Positions 1 to 9,870 of a DNA stretch of 64,000 nt are shown piece by piece. Position 1 is the stretch's first letter. Each line of letters begins with the position of its first letter. This stretch comes from an uncultured delta proteobacterium (lineage in GTDB: Bacteria > Desulfobacterota > Binatia > UBA9968). Location of the stretch: contig CAVUZH010000003.1 of NCBI GenBank assembly GCA_963745835.1, forward strand, positions 896,001 to 960,000, given 5' to 3'. Made by a program: the position numbers and the translations under genes. The notes beneath the pieces are model-generated. The model saw only the letters and a program-made list of their open reading frames with translations. It ran no database searches and was not told the origin of the DNA.

Positions 1-125
1 GTAGCCGCCGCCTGTTTGATTTGATATCAAGCCCGTTCTTTCCCTGGTACATCTACGGTCGCAACTTGCCCCGACAAGTCCGTCGATCCGCGCAGTTTTG
101 GCAAAGCAGATTGAACGGCCAGTAA
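1..125 (+). CDS. Possible 3' end of an upstream gene (partial)
   Basis: Open frame from the window edge (SRRLFDLISSPFFPWYIYGRNLPRQVRRSAQFWQSRLNGQ*) ending at TAA 123-125, co-oriented with the cluster. No recognisable motif. Confidence 0.3.
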   Translation, partial: SRRLFDLISSPFFPWYIYGRNLPRQVRRSAQFWQSRLNGQ

Positions 126-279
126 CAAAAGCCAAGCCGCATCGTTACTCCCATAGAACGTGTAAACATAAAGAGTTTGAGCCCGGATAATGCAGCATAA
201 CACGAAGGGGAGGGGCCAATCCTCCCAAGCGAGGGCGACGCATCGGCGGCCGTGGCGTCAAGCTTGAGGCCAATGAATA

Positions 280-1575
280 ATGACTACAGAACGACCCTTG
301 CGCTTCTGCATGGTGACCACTTTTTACCCGCCCGATGCTTTCGGCGGAGATGCTGTCTTCGTTCAGCAACTGTCCAATGAATTGGCAAGGCGGGGCCACG
401 ACGTAAACGTGGTCTATTGCAGGGACGCCTATCGCCTAGGGGGTGGACGAACTCCATTAATCACTCACGAGGACCATCCCAATGTAACTGTTCATGCGTT
501 GAAGAGTTCGATGGGTATTTTGTCGCCTCTGGCGACGCACCAGACTGGATCGCCTCTCCTAAAGAATTCCCGGTTGAAAGGCATTTTTGAACAACCGTTT
601 GATGTTATTCACTACCACAACATCTCATTGGTGGGGGGACCACAAATCCTCCACCGGGGTCACGGTATCAAGCTCTACACGCTGCACGAATACTGGCTGG
701 TCTGTCCGACCCATATGCTGTTCAAATTCAACCGGGAAGCTTGCACATTGAGGCAATGTTTACCTTGCACTTTGATTCATAGGCGCCCGCCACAGCTTTG
801 GCGCTATACGGAGGCGATTTCGCAAGCCGTGAAACAGGTGGATGTTTTTATTGCACCGAGCGAATTTACCAAGAACAAGCATCTGGAGATGGGTTTGCAG
901 ATTCCAATTGTCGTTATACCTTACTTCACCTCGCGATGGGGCTTATCCGAGAACGATCCCGCGCCGAGTATGCCCGAGAAACCGTATTTTCTTTTTGTCG
1001 GGCGCCTGGAAAAGATTAAGGGATTGCAGCTGCTGCTCCCGGTTTTTCGCCGGTATCAAAAAGCCGAGCTGTGGATTATCGGCACCGGAGGTTACGAATC
1101 GGTTCTTCGTCGTATGGCTCGAGGATCTCCCAATATCAAGTTTCTGGGCCAGCAGTCGGGCGAACGGCTTCAAAGTCTCTACCGTGATGCTACAGCGCTC
1201 ATTGTTCCGTCTCTATGGTATGAGGTCTTTGGGATCGTAATCCTTGAAGCGTTTTCGCTAGCTACTCCCGTCATCGTGAGAAACCGGGGAGGAATGCCAA
1301 AGATCGTGGAAGAAAGCGGCGGCGGGTTTGTTTATGGGACCGAAGAGGAACTCTTGGGAGTCATGGAGCGGTTGTTGCTCGATTCAAACCTCAGGAAGGA
1401 AATGGGACAACGCGGTTACGAAACCTTGCAAAAGAAATGGCGTGCCGATGTTCACATCAAACAGTACCTGGAGCTGATCGAACAGATTGCGGCAACTCGA
1501 AAGGAGGAAGCTCCGGCGCCTAAGGATTCATCAATGTTGCCGGTCAGAAATCACGGCCGCTATGTCTCAGAATAA
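280..1575 (+). CDS. GT4 family glycosyltransferase with Cys-rich insert
   Basis: N-terminal TTFYPP..GG, FVGRLEKIKG, PSLWYEVFGIVILEA (EX7E) and an HEYWLVCP...C..C..C insert. Paralogue of 36730-38014. Confidence 0.9.
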   Translation: MTTERPLRFCMVTTFYPPDAFGGDAVFVQQLSNELARRGHDVNVVYCRDAYRLGGGRTPLITHEDHPNVTVHALKSSMGILSPLATHQTGSPLLKNSRLKGIFEQPFDVIHYHNISLVGGPQILHRGHGIKLYTLHEYWLVCPTHMLFKFNREACTLRQCLPCTLIHRRPPQLWRYTEAISQAVKQVDVFIAPSEFTKNKHLEMGLQIPIVVIPYFTSRWGLSENDPAPSMPEKPYFLFVGRLEKIKGLQLLLPVFRRYQKAELWIIGTGGYESVLRRMARGSPNIKFLGQQSGERLQSLYRDATALIVPSLWYEVFGIVILEAFSLATPVIVRNRGGMPKIVEESGGGFVYGTEEELLGVMERLLLDSNLRKEMGQRGYETLQKKWRADVHIKQYLELIEQIAATRKEEAPAPKDSSMLPVRNHGRYVSE

Positions 1576-1604
1576 CAGGCCTGTCGGAGATCAATATCGC
1601 AGAC

Positions 1605-2582
1605 ATGCAGACGGGTGAAAAGGCAAAACTACTTCATCATGATCCCGTCCGGATAGGACTCGTGGGTTGCGGCCGGGTAGCGGAATTCGGCTACTTGCCG
1701 GCGTTTAAACAAGCGAAGGGGATCAAGCTCGCCGGTGTCGCGGATATCAACCGATCCCGCTGCGAGGAGATTGCGCCCGGAGTGCCGGCGCATCAAAATA
1801 TTCACGCCCTAATCCACGCCGGCGGCATCGACGCGCTGGTCATTTCCACACCGACACGGTTCCATCTTGCAGATGCGCGCTCGGCCGCTAACGCCGGATT
1901 ACCGGCGCTCCTGGAAAAGCCGCCGGGTCTGAATCTCGATGAAGCCAGAGCTCTTTATGATTTGCGGCCTTGCCCGTGGATTGGATTTAATCGGCGATTC
2001 GATCCCGATATCGCGAAACTAAAATACCAGTCGCCTCGGGACGGAAACATACACCTAGAATTACATTATCGGAGGAGCTCCTGGAAACCGTTCGACATGC
2101 AGGATGACGCGCTTCTTGACCTGGCGCCACATCTCGTCGATCTCGCTTGCTGGCTCACCGGGGGTCAAATTCTATCGACGCGGGCTGTCTTGTTGAACCA
2201 GCGTCGAGCTCGACTCGACCTAAAGCTAGAGCGTGGCCATGCCGTCATCTCATGCTCGAATGACACCCACTACCGCGAGCGCATCGTCTTTAAAGATTTA
2301 CGGGGACGTGTCTGTGGGTCGTATAAACGCGGCGGACTTGTCTCGGCGATAGCGGCCAGACTGCACCGGAAGAGGGAGAGTCCTCTTGTGAAACCGATTG
2401 TAGGTCAACTTGAAGCTTTTGCGCTCGCCGTACGTGGCATGGTCGACTGGAGGCCTTTGGCTACGTCAGCAGAAGGCTTGACGGTCATGGCCGTGATTGA
2501 CGCGGCGCGGCGTTCGGCAGCTCAACGCGGCGTTGAGTGCCGGTTGCCGCCTGCTGTCAAACTCGTTGAGGAGCATTCTTGA
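1605..2582 (+). CDS. Gfo/Idh/MocA family oxidoreductase
   Basis: IGLVGCGRVA Rossmann motif, STPTRFH, LLEKP, GFNRRF, DLAPHLVD. Confidence 0.88.
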   Translation: MQTGEKAKLLHHDPVRIGLVGCGRVAEFGYLPAFKQAKGIKLAGVADINRSRCEEIAPGVPAHQNIHALIHAGGIDALVISTPTRFHLADARSAANAGLPALLEKPPGLNLDEARALYDLRPCPWIGFNRRFDPDIAKLKYQSPRDGNIHLELHYRRSSWKPFDMQDDALLDLAPHLVDLACWLTGGQILSTRAVLLNQRRARLDLKLERGHAVISCSNDTHYRERIVFKDLRGRVCGSYKRGGLVSAIAARLHRKRESPLVKPIVGQLEAFALAVRGMVDWRPLATSAEGLTVMAVIDAARRSAAQRGVECRLPPAVKLVEEHS

Positions 2583-4105
2583 TCGCTATTTTACAGTTCG
2601 ACGGTGTCAGTCTGCCTCTCTTCCACAGCTTTCTCGATCAAGGCCGCCTGCCGACGTTTGCCGGGCTTCGTGAGCGCGGCCACTGGTTGCCGCTCGAAAC
2701 TCCCGCCTCGAGCTGGGAAGGGTCCATTTATTTCTCCCTATATAGCGGCAAAAGTGTCGCCGAGCATGGCCTCTACTTTCCCTTTATGTGGTCCGCTGCC
2801 GAGCAGCGGGTTCGCTCGCAGGACGACTATCCGGCTCCTGAACCGCTGTGGGATCGAGTTGGCAAGGCCGGGCTTCGGTCTCTTGTGATCGATCCCTATG
2901 AAGGCAGGCGTCCCAGATCAATCAAGGGGAAGGCTGTCTCCGGATGGCAGTTCAGACACAAAGTGACGCTCCGTAGATGGTCGGTGCCTCACGGTCTTGA
3001 TCGTCAACTGCAGCGACGGTTCGGCCGGCCGTCGCTGGTGGAAGAGGTTTATGGTCGCCCTTCGGCTAATTATCTCTGCAAGATGCGCAACCGCTTGGTG
3101 GGTGCGCCCAGACGCGCGGCCCAAATCAGCGCAGCGCTGCTGGCCGAGGAGAGTTTCGATCTGGTCTGGATAACTTTGAGCTCGGGTCATATAGCGGGAC
3201 ACTGGTTTCTGGATCCGTCAAGATTGCCGCAGGATCAGGTTGATGCCGGCACAAAGGCAAAGCTCGATGCCGCGTTATGCGATTCCTATGTTGCGGTGGA
3301 TCAAGCATTATCCGACATTGTAGCTGCGCTGCCGCGGAACGCCGATATCATCGTGCTGTCGGCAAGCAGTATGGGGCCGAGCGCCAGTCGCACTCATCTG
3401 TTGCCTGGCATGCTGCAGGCCGTATTGTCAGGAAGAAATCTCAACCATCAAGCGGCTAAGGCGGCCGGTAATTCCCTTTGGCGTCTACGAGCGGCGGTTT
3501 CACCGGATCTTCGCGCACTGGTCGCCCGCGTGCTGCCGGACCGGTTAACCATGGATCTCACCGCCCGTCTCGAGATGCGGGGAGTGGATTGGAGCGCGAC
3601 AAAAGCGTTCATGGCCCCAAGCGGCGACTGCGGCTACGTTCGCCTCAACTTAAGAGGACGCGAACGAGAGGGCATCGTGGATCCCAAACAAGCTGACGGA
3701 TTACTGGAACGCATTGCGTCCGGCCTGCGCACGTTTTGCGATCCTGATGGCGCGCCCGCTATCGCGGGAATTGAATTTACCGCGAAATCTCTTGGATACG
3801 GTGATCCGTCTCATGGTTTTCCGGATTTGATTGTTCATTGGAGCGAGCGCTTATCGCCGCAGCCGTCCGGAGTTAAATCCTGGCAATTTGGCGAGGTCCC
3901 GTCTTCTGGATGGGGCAGTGGCCGCACCGGAGAGCACCGTGAGGGCGCCTGGGCGCTGATCCTGCCGGGTTCCTCACGACTGCAAGCCGCAACGATGACC
4001 CCACATATCGTCGACATTGGCCCCACTGTCTGTGCCGTCCTTGGGGTCGACAAAGGTGGGTTAACCGGCCAGCCTTTACTTGAGCCTGGAGTTCATCCCG
4101 GATAA
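2579..4105 (+). CDS. Alkaline phosphatase superfamily / type I phosphodiesterase-like protein (atypical)
   Basis: LQFDG, GRLPTFAGL, SLYSG..AEHGLY, GYVRLNLRGREREGIV, PDLIVHW, TGEH, IVDIGPT. TTG start overlaps the previous stop. Confidence 0.8.
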   Translation: MIAILQFDGVSLPLFHSFLDQGRLPTFAGLRERGHWLPLETPASSWEGSIYFSLYSGKSVAEHGLYFPFMWSAAEQRVRSQDDYPAPEPLWDRVGKAGLRSLVIDPYEGRRPRSIKGKAVSGWQFRHKVTLRRWSVPHGLDRQLQRRFGRPSLVEEVYGRPSANYLCKMRNRLVGAPRRAAQISAALLAEESFDLVWITLSSGHIAGHWFLDPSRLPQDQVDAGTKAKLDAALCDSYVAVDQALSDIVAALPRNADIIVLSASSMGPSASRTHLLPGMLQAVLSGRNLNHQAAKAAGNSLWRLRAAVSPDLRALVARVLPDRLTMDLTARLEMRGVDWSATKAFMAPSGDCGYVRLNLRGREREGIVDPKQADGLLERIASGLRTFCDPDGAPAIAGIEFTAKSLGYGDPSHGFPDLIVHWSERLSPQPSGVKSWQFGEVPSSGWGSGRTGEHREGAWALILPGSSRLQAATMTPHIVDIGPTVCAVLGVDKGGLTGQPLLEPGVHPG

Positions 4106-4278
4106 TGCCTCGTTGAGCATCGGCCCGTTTGATTTTCGCTTGACACTTTGCGGCGGACCGCGCTTCTTCGCAGGTCGTCGTCATCATTTCCGATATCTAA
4201 GGGGGGATTTCAATGGCTATGAACGCTCGGGCGAAGATCCATTGAGCGCGAGACGACGAGCATGATCACGAGCACTTT

Positions 4279-5829
4279 ATGATTGCGATGTTACAGTTTG
4301 ATGCGGCAAGTCTAACACACCTGCAGAAGTTCCTGGAAGAAGGCCATCTGCCGAATTTTGCCGCTCTTCGCAGCCGTGGCCTTTGGTATCAACTGGAAAC
4401 TCCTGCGACCTACTTCGAAGGTGCCGCAGCATGCTCGTTGTACACCGGGACTGGGCTCGGCGACCATGGCCATTATTATCCATGGCTGTGGTCGGCGGCC
4501 GAGCAGCGTGTCCGATTTTTCGATGATTTTCCCGTCCCTGAGGCATTGTGGGAACGAATCGGACGCGCTGGGTTGCGTTCTCTGGTGATTGATCCTTACG
4601 AGATGAGGCCGCCGCAGAAGATGCGCGGCGTATTTGTCAGTGGCTGGCAATTCAAAAATAGAGTGGTTCTGCGAACCAGGTCGATCCCCAGCCGAATGTA
4701 TCGTTGGCTCGAGCGCGAGCTTGGCCGTCCCCCTGAAGGGGAGGAGGTCTACGGACGTCCCTCAGCACGGGGGCTACAGCGATTGCGTAACAGCATGGTT
4801 GCCGCGCCTCGCCGCGGCGCGGATTTGGTAGAAACGATTCTCAAACGGGAAGACTTTGATCTGCTCTGGATTAGTTTGAGTGCGGCACATCTGGGCGGAC
4901 ACCGATTCTTTGATATCTCTCGATTTGCCCAGGAGATCGAGCTTGAACAGCATAACGATTTCCGAACCGCATTAAAGGATATTTATCGATCGGTCGATGA
5001 GGCTCTGGGCCGCATCATCGATGCGCTTCCGAATGACACGGACGTTATCGTCCTTTCACCGACTGGCATGGGACCGAATACAAGCCGCTCTCATTTACTG
5101 CCGGCAATGCTTGACGCGGTCTTGGCTGATGCGGCAGCGGAACATAGACAGTCACCTGCGGGCAGTTCACTGTGGCGCATTCGTTCGGTTATCCCGGCAA
5201 ACGTCAGGAGCTGGATTGCGCATGCTCTGCCCGACCGTTGGGCGGTTGAATTGGCCGCTCGGTTGGAGTTGCGTAATGTGGATTGGTCCACGACTAGGGG
5301 CTTTATGATACCCAATGATGACGCCGGGTACATACGTCTCAACTTGCGCCATCGCGAACGCGACGGGATTGTCGAGCCGGGCGATGCCGATGCCCTTTTG
5401 GAAAGCATCGCCACAGGGCTCCAATCGTTCCGCAACTCAGACGGCACTTCTGCAGTTCGAAAGGTTTTTCGCGTATCCGAGCTCGGCTTTCAAGGCCCTT
5501 GCGTCGCGGCCTTACCCGACCTGATTGTTCATTGGAATGACCGGATCGTCGAGCCCTTGGCAGGCGTTAGTTCTCCATTGTATGGCGAGATCTCTTCGTC
5601 GGGATGGGGAACAGGACGAACTGGGTGTCATACAGACGATGCTTGGGCACTGGTCCTTCCGGGTTGCTCAAAATTGAAACCTCTCACAAAAAGCCCCCAT
5701 ATTATAGACATTGCCTTCACCGCATGCACCGTCCTGGGCGTTGATACAGACGGTATGACTGGTGAGCCATGGCTGGAGCGCCGACAGGCATGCGCGTCGC
5801 GATTGGGTGCGCCGCTGCATGAGAATTAG
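4279..5829 (+). CDS. Alkaline phosphatase superfamily / type I phosphodiesterase-like protein (tandem paralogue)
   Basis: Same motifs as 2579-4105 (LQFDA, LPNFAAL, SLYTG..GDHG, GYIRLNLRHRERDGIV, PDLIVHW, TGCH). Confidence 0.8.
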   Translation: MIAMLQFDAASLTHLQKFLEEGHLPNFAALRSRGLWYQLETPATYFEGAAACSLYTGTGLGDHGHYYPWLWSAAEQRVRFFDDFPVPEALWERIGRAGLRSLVIDPYEMRPPQKMRGVFVSGWQFKNRVVLRTRSIPSRMYRWLERELGRPPEGEEVYGRPSARGLQRLRNSMVAAPRRGADLVETILKREDFDLLWISLSAAHLGGHRFFDISRFAQEIELEQHNDFRTALKDIYRSVDEALGRIIDALPNDTDVIVLSPTGMGPNTSRSHLLPAMLDAVLADAAAEHRQSPAGSSLWRIRSVIPANVRSWIAHALPDRWAVELAARLELRNVDWSTTRGFMIPNDDAGYIRLNLRHRERDGIVEPGDADALLESIATGLQSFRNSDGTSAVRKVFRVSELGFQGPCVAALPDLIVHWNDRIVEPLAGVSSPLYGEISSSGWGTGRTGCHTDDAWALVLPGCSKLKPLTKSPHIIDIAFTACTVLGVDTDGMTGEPWLERRQACASRLGAPLHEN

Positions 5830-5881
5830 AGTTGCAAAGTCGGTTGTAACTCTTAGGGAAGCAGCCCCTCGTCTTAAAGTG

Positions 5882-6952
5882 ATGTCTAAAGAACCGGTTC
5901 ACGTACAGCAAGTAAACCCAATCGAGCCAGCTGCAGAGGATCGAAAGCTGCGACCCAAGCTCGGGTCCCGCGCCACTCTCACATGGTTAGTTTTGATGAT
6001 TGGGTTGTTTGCGTTCCTCCTGTGGAACAGCGGTCCGGAAGCGACCGGCGAGCTGCTCTTGCGGGTGGGATGGGCCGCGATCCCGTTGGTGATTGTGCCG
6101 CACGGCCTGGTGATCGTGTTTGAGGCTTTCGGGTGGTGGTTTGCCTTTCCCCGGAACGGCTGTTTGATCACGGTGACGAAAATCACGCGCTTCGTTGTTG
6201 CGGCTAAAGCGATACAACTGATAACTCCGTCGATTTCACAAGCCGGAGAGTTGCTGAAAATTCACCTTCTTCGATTTGCGGGTTTGACGTCTGAGATCAG
6301 CGTGTCGTCTGTTATCGCTGCCAAAACAACGATCACCATGGCCGAACTTCTCTTCTTGAGTCTAGGGCTGGCGGCGATTGTAACCCAGGTGGCTGTCGAA
6401 TCGGCTCTGGTGGCCTCCGCTACCGTTGGAATTCTCATGTTGTGTGTCGCTGTTGCCGCTATCGTGGCATGGCAACGGACGGGGCTCTTCCGTCCTTTCG
6501 TATGGTTGAGCAAACGATTAGGCATGTTCACGGCATTGCGCTACCGATACGAACAGGTCATGTCTCGCACGGACGTTCTACTAAGGGAGTATTGGAACAA
6601 TCCAACCCGACTTTATTTATCAGGGATCGGCTATTTTTTGGCATGGTTCTCCGGAGCGCTCGAAGCCTGGGCGTTCTTGAGCATTCTCGGTCTTACCAAC
6701 GATTTTTTATCTGCTCTGCTTGTCCAGGTCTGGTTGGTGCTTGTCACGCGACTCACAGCTTTCATTCCCGGGAATGTGGGAGCTCACGAAGCCGCTATAG
6801 TGACGATGTTTTCGTTTTTAGGTTTGGGAACGGACAGCGCGATGGCCTTTGCCCTGCTTCGCCGGATCCGCCAGATTGTTTGGATCGCTCTGGGCCTGGG
6901 CCTCCTAGTCAAAATTCCTCGCGCCCAGCGTGTCCCGCTCTTGGCTGATTGA
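5882..6952 (+). CDS. Lysylphosphatidylglycerol synthase TM-domain / flippase-like membrane protein
   Basis: Many hydrophobic segments, ITPSISQAGELLK and FIPGNVGAHEAA...ALLRR motifs typical of the LPG_synthase_TM family. ATG 5882 chosen over GTG 5762. Confidence 0.8.
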   Translation: MSKEPVHVQQVNPIEPAAEDRKLRPKLGSRATLTWLVLMIGLFAFLLWNSGPEATGELLLRVGWAAIPLVIVPHGLVIVFEAFGWWFAFPRNGCLITVTKITRFVVAAKAIQLITPSISQAGELLKIHLLRFAGLTSEISVSSVIAAKTTITMAELLFLSLGLAAIVTQVAVESALVASATVGILMLCVAVAAIVAWQRTGLFRPFVWLSKRLGMFTALRYRYEQVMSRTDVLLREYWNNPTRLYLSGIGYFLAWFSGALEAWAFLSILGLTNDFLSALLVQVWLVLVTRLTAFIPGNVGAHEAAIVTMFSFLGLGTDSAMAFALLRRIRQIVWIALGLGLLVKIPRAQRVPLLAD

Positions 6953-6978
6953 GACTGAAGTGCCACGACTCTTCCACG

Positions 6979-8145
6979 ATGGAGATTCGTAAAGTGATGA
7001 GCCTGGGGAAAATCAATTGGGGAATCCTGGGGACCGGAAAGATTGCGCGCCTTTTCGCATCGGACTTGGCCCTTGCTGCCGATGCTAAGCTCTTCGCCAT
7101 CGGCTCCCGTAACAAAGAGAAAGCTCGGGCATTTGGCGCGGAGTTTTGTGTTCCCTATCGATATGGCAGCTATGCCGAGCTAGCCGGTGATCCGCGAGTG
7201 CAGGCCGTTTATATCGCGACGCCTGCTTCGGCGCATAAGGAAAACATGCTGCTCTGCCTAAACGCCGGCAAGGCGGTGTTGTGTGAAAAGCCATTCACCG
7301 TCAATGCGCGAGAGGCTGAAGAAGTTATCGCTCTGGCTCGCGCCAAAAACGTGTTTCTCATGGAGGCGATGTGGACTCGCTTTTTGCCGTTGATGGTCAA
7401 GCTACGCGAGGTCCTAGCCGCGGGAGCTATCGGCGAGGTAAGTCAGTTTATAGCTGACTTGGGCACCGCGGCACGTATGGATCCCGAAGGACGGGTGTTC
7501 AGCGCTGAGCTGGGCGGAGGAGCGCTACTCCAGAAAGGCATTTATCTTTTGTCGCTGGCGTCGATGATTCTGGGCGCGCCAACAGCCGTGCAGAGCTGCA
7601 CACTCCTGGGAGATACGGGAGTGGACGAACACACCGGCTTTCTGCTGAAGTATGCAGGGCCGCAGATGGCCTCGCTGATTTGCTCCGTGCGTGTGCATAG
7701 CCAGCGCCAGGCTACTGTTGTCGGAACCGATGGCCGGATCAGCATCCACGAGCCGATTATCTGCCCCGCAAGCCTCACGCTTTACCGATATTCCAGGCGG
7801 GATGGGCATCACGAACTGGTGGATGGCAAACGCTATCCTAAGGCCGCGCTCTCTGTCCTTCGATATTGCAAGCGAAGCCGCTTTTTGCGGCAATTGCGGG
7901 AGCGGCTCCCGAGGTTAAGCAATCGTTTCCTCCACGGTGTCCGATCGACGAAGATATATGCCCCTCCTTCGGGGGAAGGCCTCCACTACCAGGTGTCAGA
8001 AGTCATGAGATGTTTACGCGACGGAAAAGTTGAAAGCGGCATCATGCCATTGAGCGAATCGCTCACCATCATGCGCACTGTGGATCAGATAAAGCAAAAT
8101 GGTTTCGAAGAAGAGTCTGCTGATTTGCTCAAGTTCGGCCGTTAG
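6979..8145 (+). CDS. Gfo/Idh/MocA family oxidoreductase (dihydrodiol/xylose dehydrogenase-like)
   Basis: WGILGTGKIA, YIATPASAH, VLCEKP, LMEAMWTRF, GGGALLQKGIY. Start uncertain (6949-6997). Confidence 0.88.
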   Translation: MEIRKVMSLGKINWGILGTGKIARLFASDLALAADAKLFAIGSRNKEKARAFGAEFCVPYRYGSYAELAGDPRVQAVYIATPASAHKENMLLCLNAGKAVLCEKPFTVNAREAEEVIALARAKNVFLMEAMWTRFLPLMVKLREVLAAGAIGEVSQFIADLGTAARMDPEGRVFSAELGGGALLQKGIYLLSLASMILGAPTAVQSCTLLGDTGVDEHTGFLLKYAGPQMASLICSVRVHSQRQATVVGTDGRISIHEPIICPASLTLYRYSRRDGHHELVDGKRYPKAALSVLRYCKRSRFLRQLRERLPRLSNRFLHGVRSTKIYAPPSGEGLHYQVSEVMRCLRDGKVESGIMPLSESLTIMRTVDQIKQNGFEEESADLLKFGR

Positions 8146-8178
8146 GGGTGGTCTGCGACCCCGGTTCGTAGCGGCTTT

Positions 8179-8540
8179 GTGAAAATGAAAACGATTCGCA
8201 CTGTATGTATCGACAGCGACTGGTTACGCTCATCGATTCGCTGGATGTCGGCTGGTCATTACCAGACTCGCTGGCGCTCAATGTGGGCGTTTGCGCGTAC
8301 ATCCTTCTACGATGGACGTATCCGGATCGATCTGGCTGGCCACGAGCGCAAAGGAACGGTTCCTGTCTCACGATACACAACGTATGCCAGCGAGATCGAA
8401 ACCCTGTTGCGCGAGTGCATTTTTGCAACCGGCGCAGGCAGGTCGATTACTTCGAACGCTCCGGGGGCCGTGACCCACTGACTCTGGGGTCGACGGACTC
8501 GTCGAACGAAGTTTCTTTGATGTCGATCACACTTTACTAA
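8179..8540 (+). pseudogene. Fragment of a third phosphodiesterase-family gene
   Basis: MWAFARTSFYDGRIRIDLAGHERKGTV matches the 'AF....GYVRLNLRGREREGIV' segment of 2579/4279. It lacks the N- and C-terminal parts and continues in a shifted frame. Confidence 0.6.
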
Positions 8541-8736
8541 GAGCCGGATCTGTTTCGCTCCCACGGAAAAATGTTGCTTAAATAAAGGATTTCGGTGCAG
8601 TTTATTAATGCCATAGATCGTTATCTTCTTGTGGTGCGTACCGCTATCTACTGCGGGAGTTGGGTTTCCGCTATTGGGTTAAGTCTTTTTTCACGAACAG
8701 CGTCGTCAATTTTATTGGAGTGAAATAAAAAACGGC

Positions 8737-9870
8737 GTGAAACTCATTACGGTCAAAGATTGCTATCCTCTCTGCATCATCGCCCTCATACAAGTAGCGA
8801 ATCGGATTCCTTCGCCTAAATTGAGGTTGTTTCTCGTGAAAGCCGTCGCCTCAATGGCGCACCGGTTGTCAACAACAAAAAAAAGACTCAGTGAAAAGAA
8901 TGTGGGCGAAATATTTGGCGGTCATTTAAGCAAGGAGCGGATCGAAGCAATCGTCAAATCCTCATTTTATGAATTTTGGCGCGAAATTTTTTTAATGTCG
9001 CCGAGCAAAATCCCAATGGCTCCGCTTAGGAAAGTCAATATTCATGGCCTGGACCATTTACAGAACGCGGTAAACAAAGGAAAAGGCGTCATATTGTGGG
9101 AGAGCAGCCATTTTGGCGGAAGGTTCCTGGCGAAACGAATCTTGTGTGAGAAAGGCTTTGCACTGCACCAAGTCCATGGCGAATATCACATGGCAGGACT
9201 TCCCAATAACGGAAGCTTTGGAAGCTGGACAAGGAAACATTTCATACGTCCTTTCTTCGAGAATTGCGAAAGCTGTTTCGTTAAAGAAACAATCCATATA
9301 ACCGCCGGGCACTCCCTCGCCGTTTCCAAGATTCTCTTGAAGCTGCTGAAGCAGAATAGCATTATTTGCATTAGCGCAGATGTTGGCCGTGGACATAAAT
9401 TAATTTCCGTCCGGTTCCTCGGCCGCACCGAATTGTTTCCAACAGGAATGGTCACTCTTGCAAAACTAACCGGGGCGCCGATTCTTCCTTTGTTCTGCCT
9501 CCAGGAAAATGGGAGTACGGCGAGTCTCATCATTGAGTCGCCTGTTTGTCTTGAAATGGATCCGGATCGAGAGAGCAATTTAACAAAGACCGTTATTCAG
9601 TACGTGGGTTTGTTGGAGTCGTATATTATGAAGTACCCGGAACAGTACCGAAATTGGCACTTACTCTGTTCGCCACTTAGGCCTATTCCAGAAGCACGAG
9701 CCGGTTACGCTCGCCCGCGCAGCTCTTTCTCAAAAGTGATTGATTCCCCAGTACTACGTGAAATCTTTATAGATGGGTTACATGTTAGAACAGCGCGACG
9801 TAAATCACGCGGCAATGTCGTTTCAGCTGAATCTAAAGTTGTTGTCTTTACTTCTCAAAGGCAACCATAA
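8737..9870 (+). CDS. Lysophospholipid / lipid A late acyltransferase family protein
   Basis: GLDHLQNAVNKGKGVILWESSHFG, ADVG, VRFLGRTELFPTGMVTLAKLTGAPILP, YPEQY..WH. Confidence 0.8.
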   Translation: MKLITVKDCYPLCIIALIQVANRIPSPKLRLFLVKAVASMAHRLSTTKKRLSEKNVGEIFGGHLSKERIEAIVKSSFYEFWREIFLMSPSKIPMAPLRKVNIHGLDHLQNAVNKGKGVILWESSHFGGRFLAKRILCEKGFALHQVHGEYHMAGLPNNGSFGSWTRKHFIRPFFENCESCFVKETIHITAGHSLAVSKILLKLLKQNSIICISADVGRGHKLISVRFLGRTELFPTGMVTLAKLTGAPILPLFCLQENGSTASLIIESPVCLEMDPDRESNLTKTVIQYVGLLESYIMKYPEQYRNWHLLCSPLRPIPEARAGYARPRSSFSKVIDSPVLREIFIDGLHVRTARRKSRGNVVSAESKVVVFTSQRQP

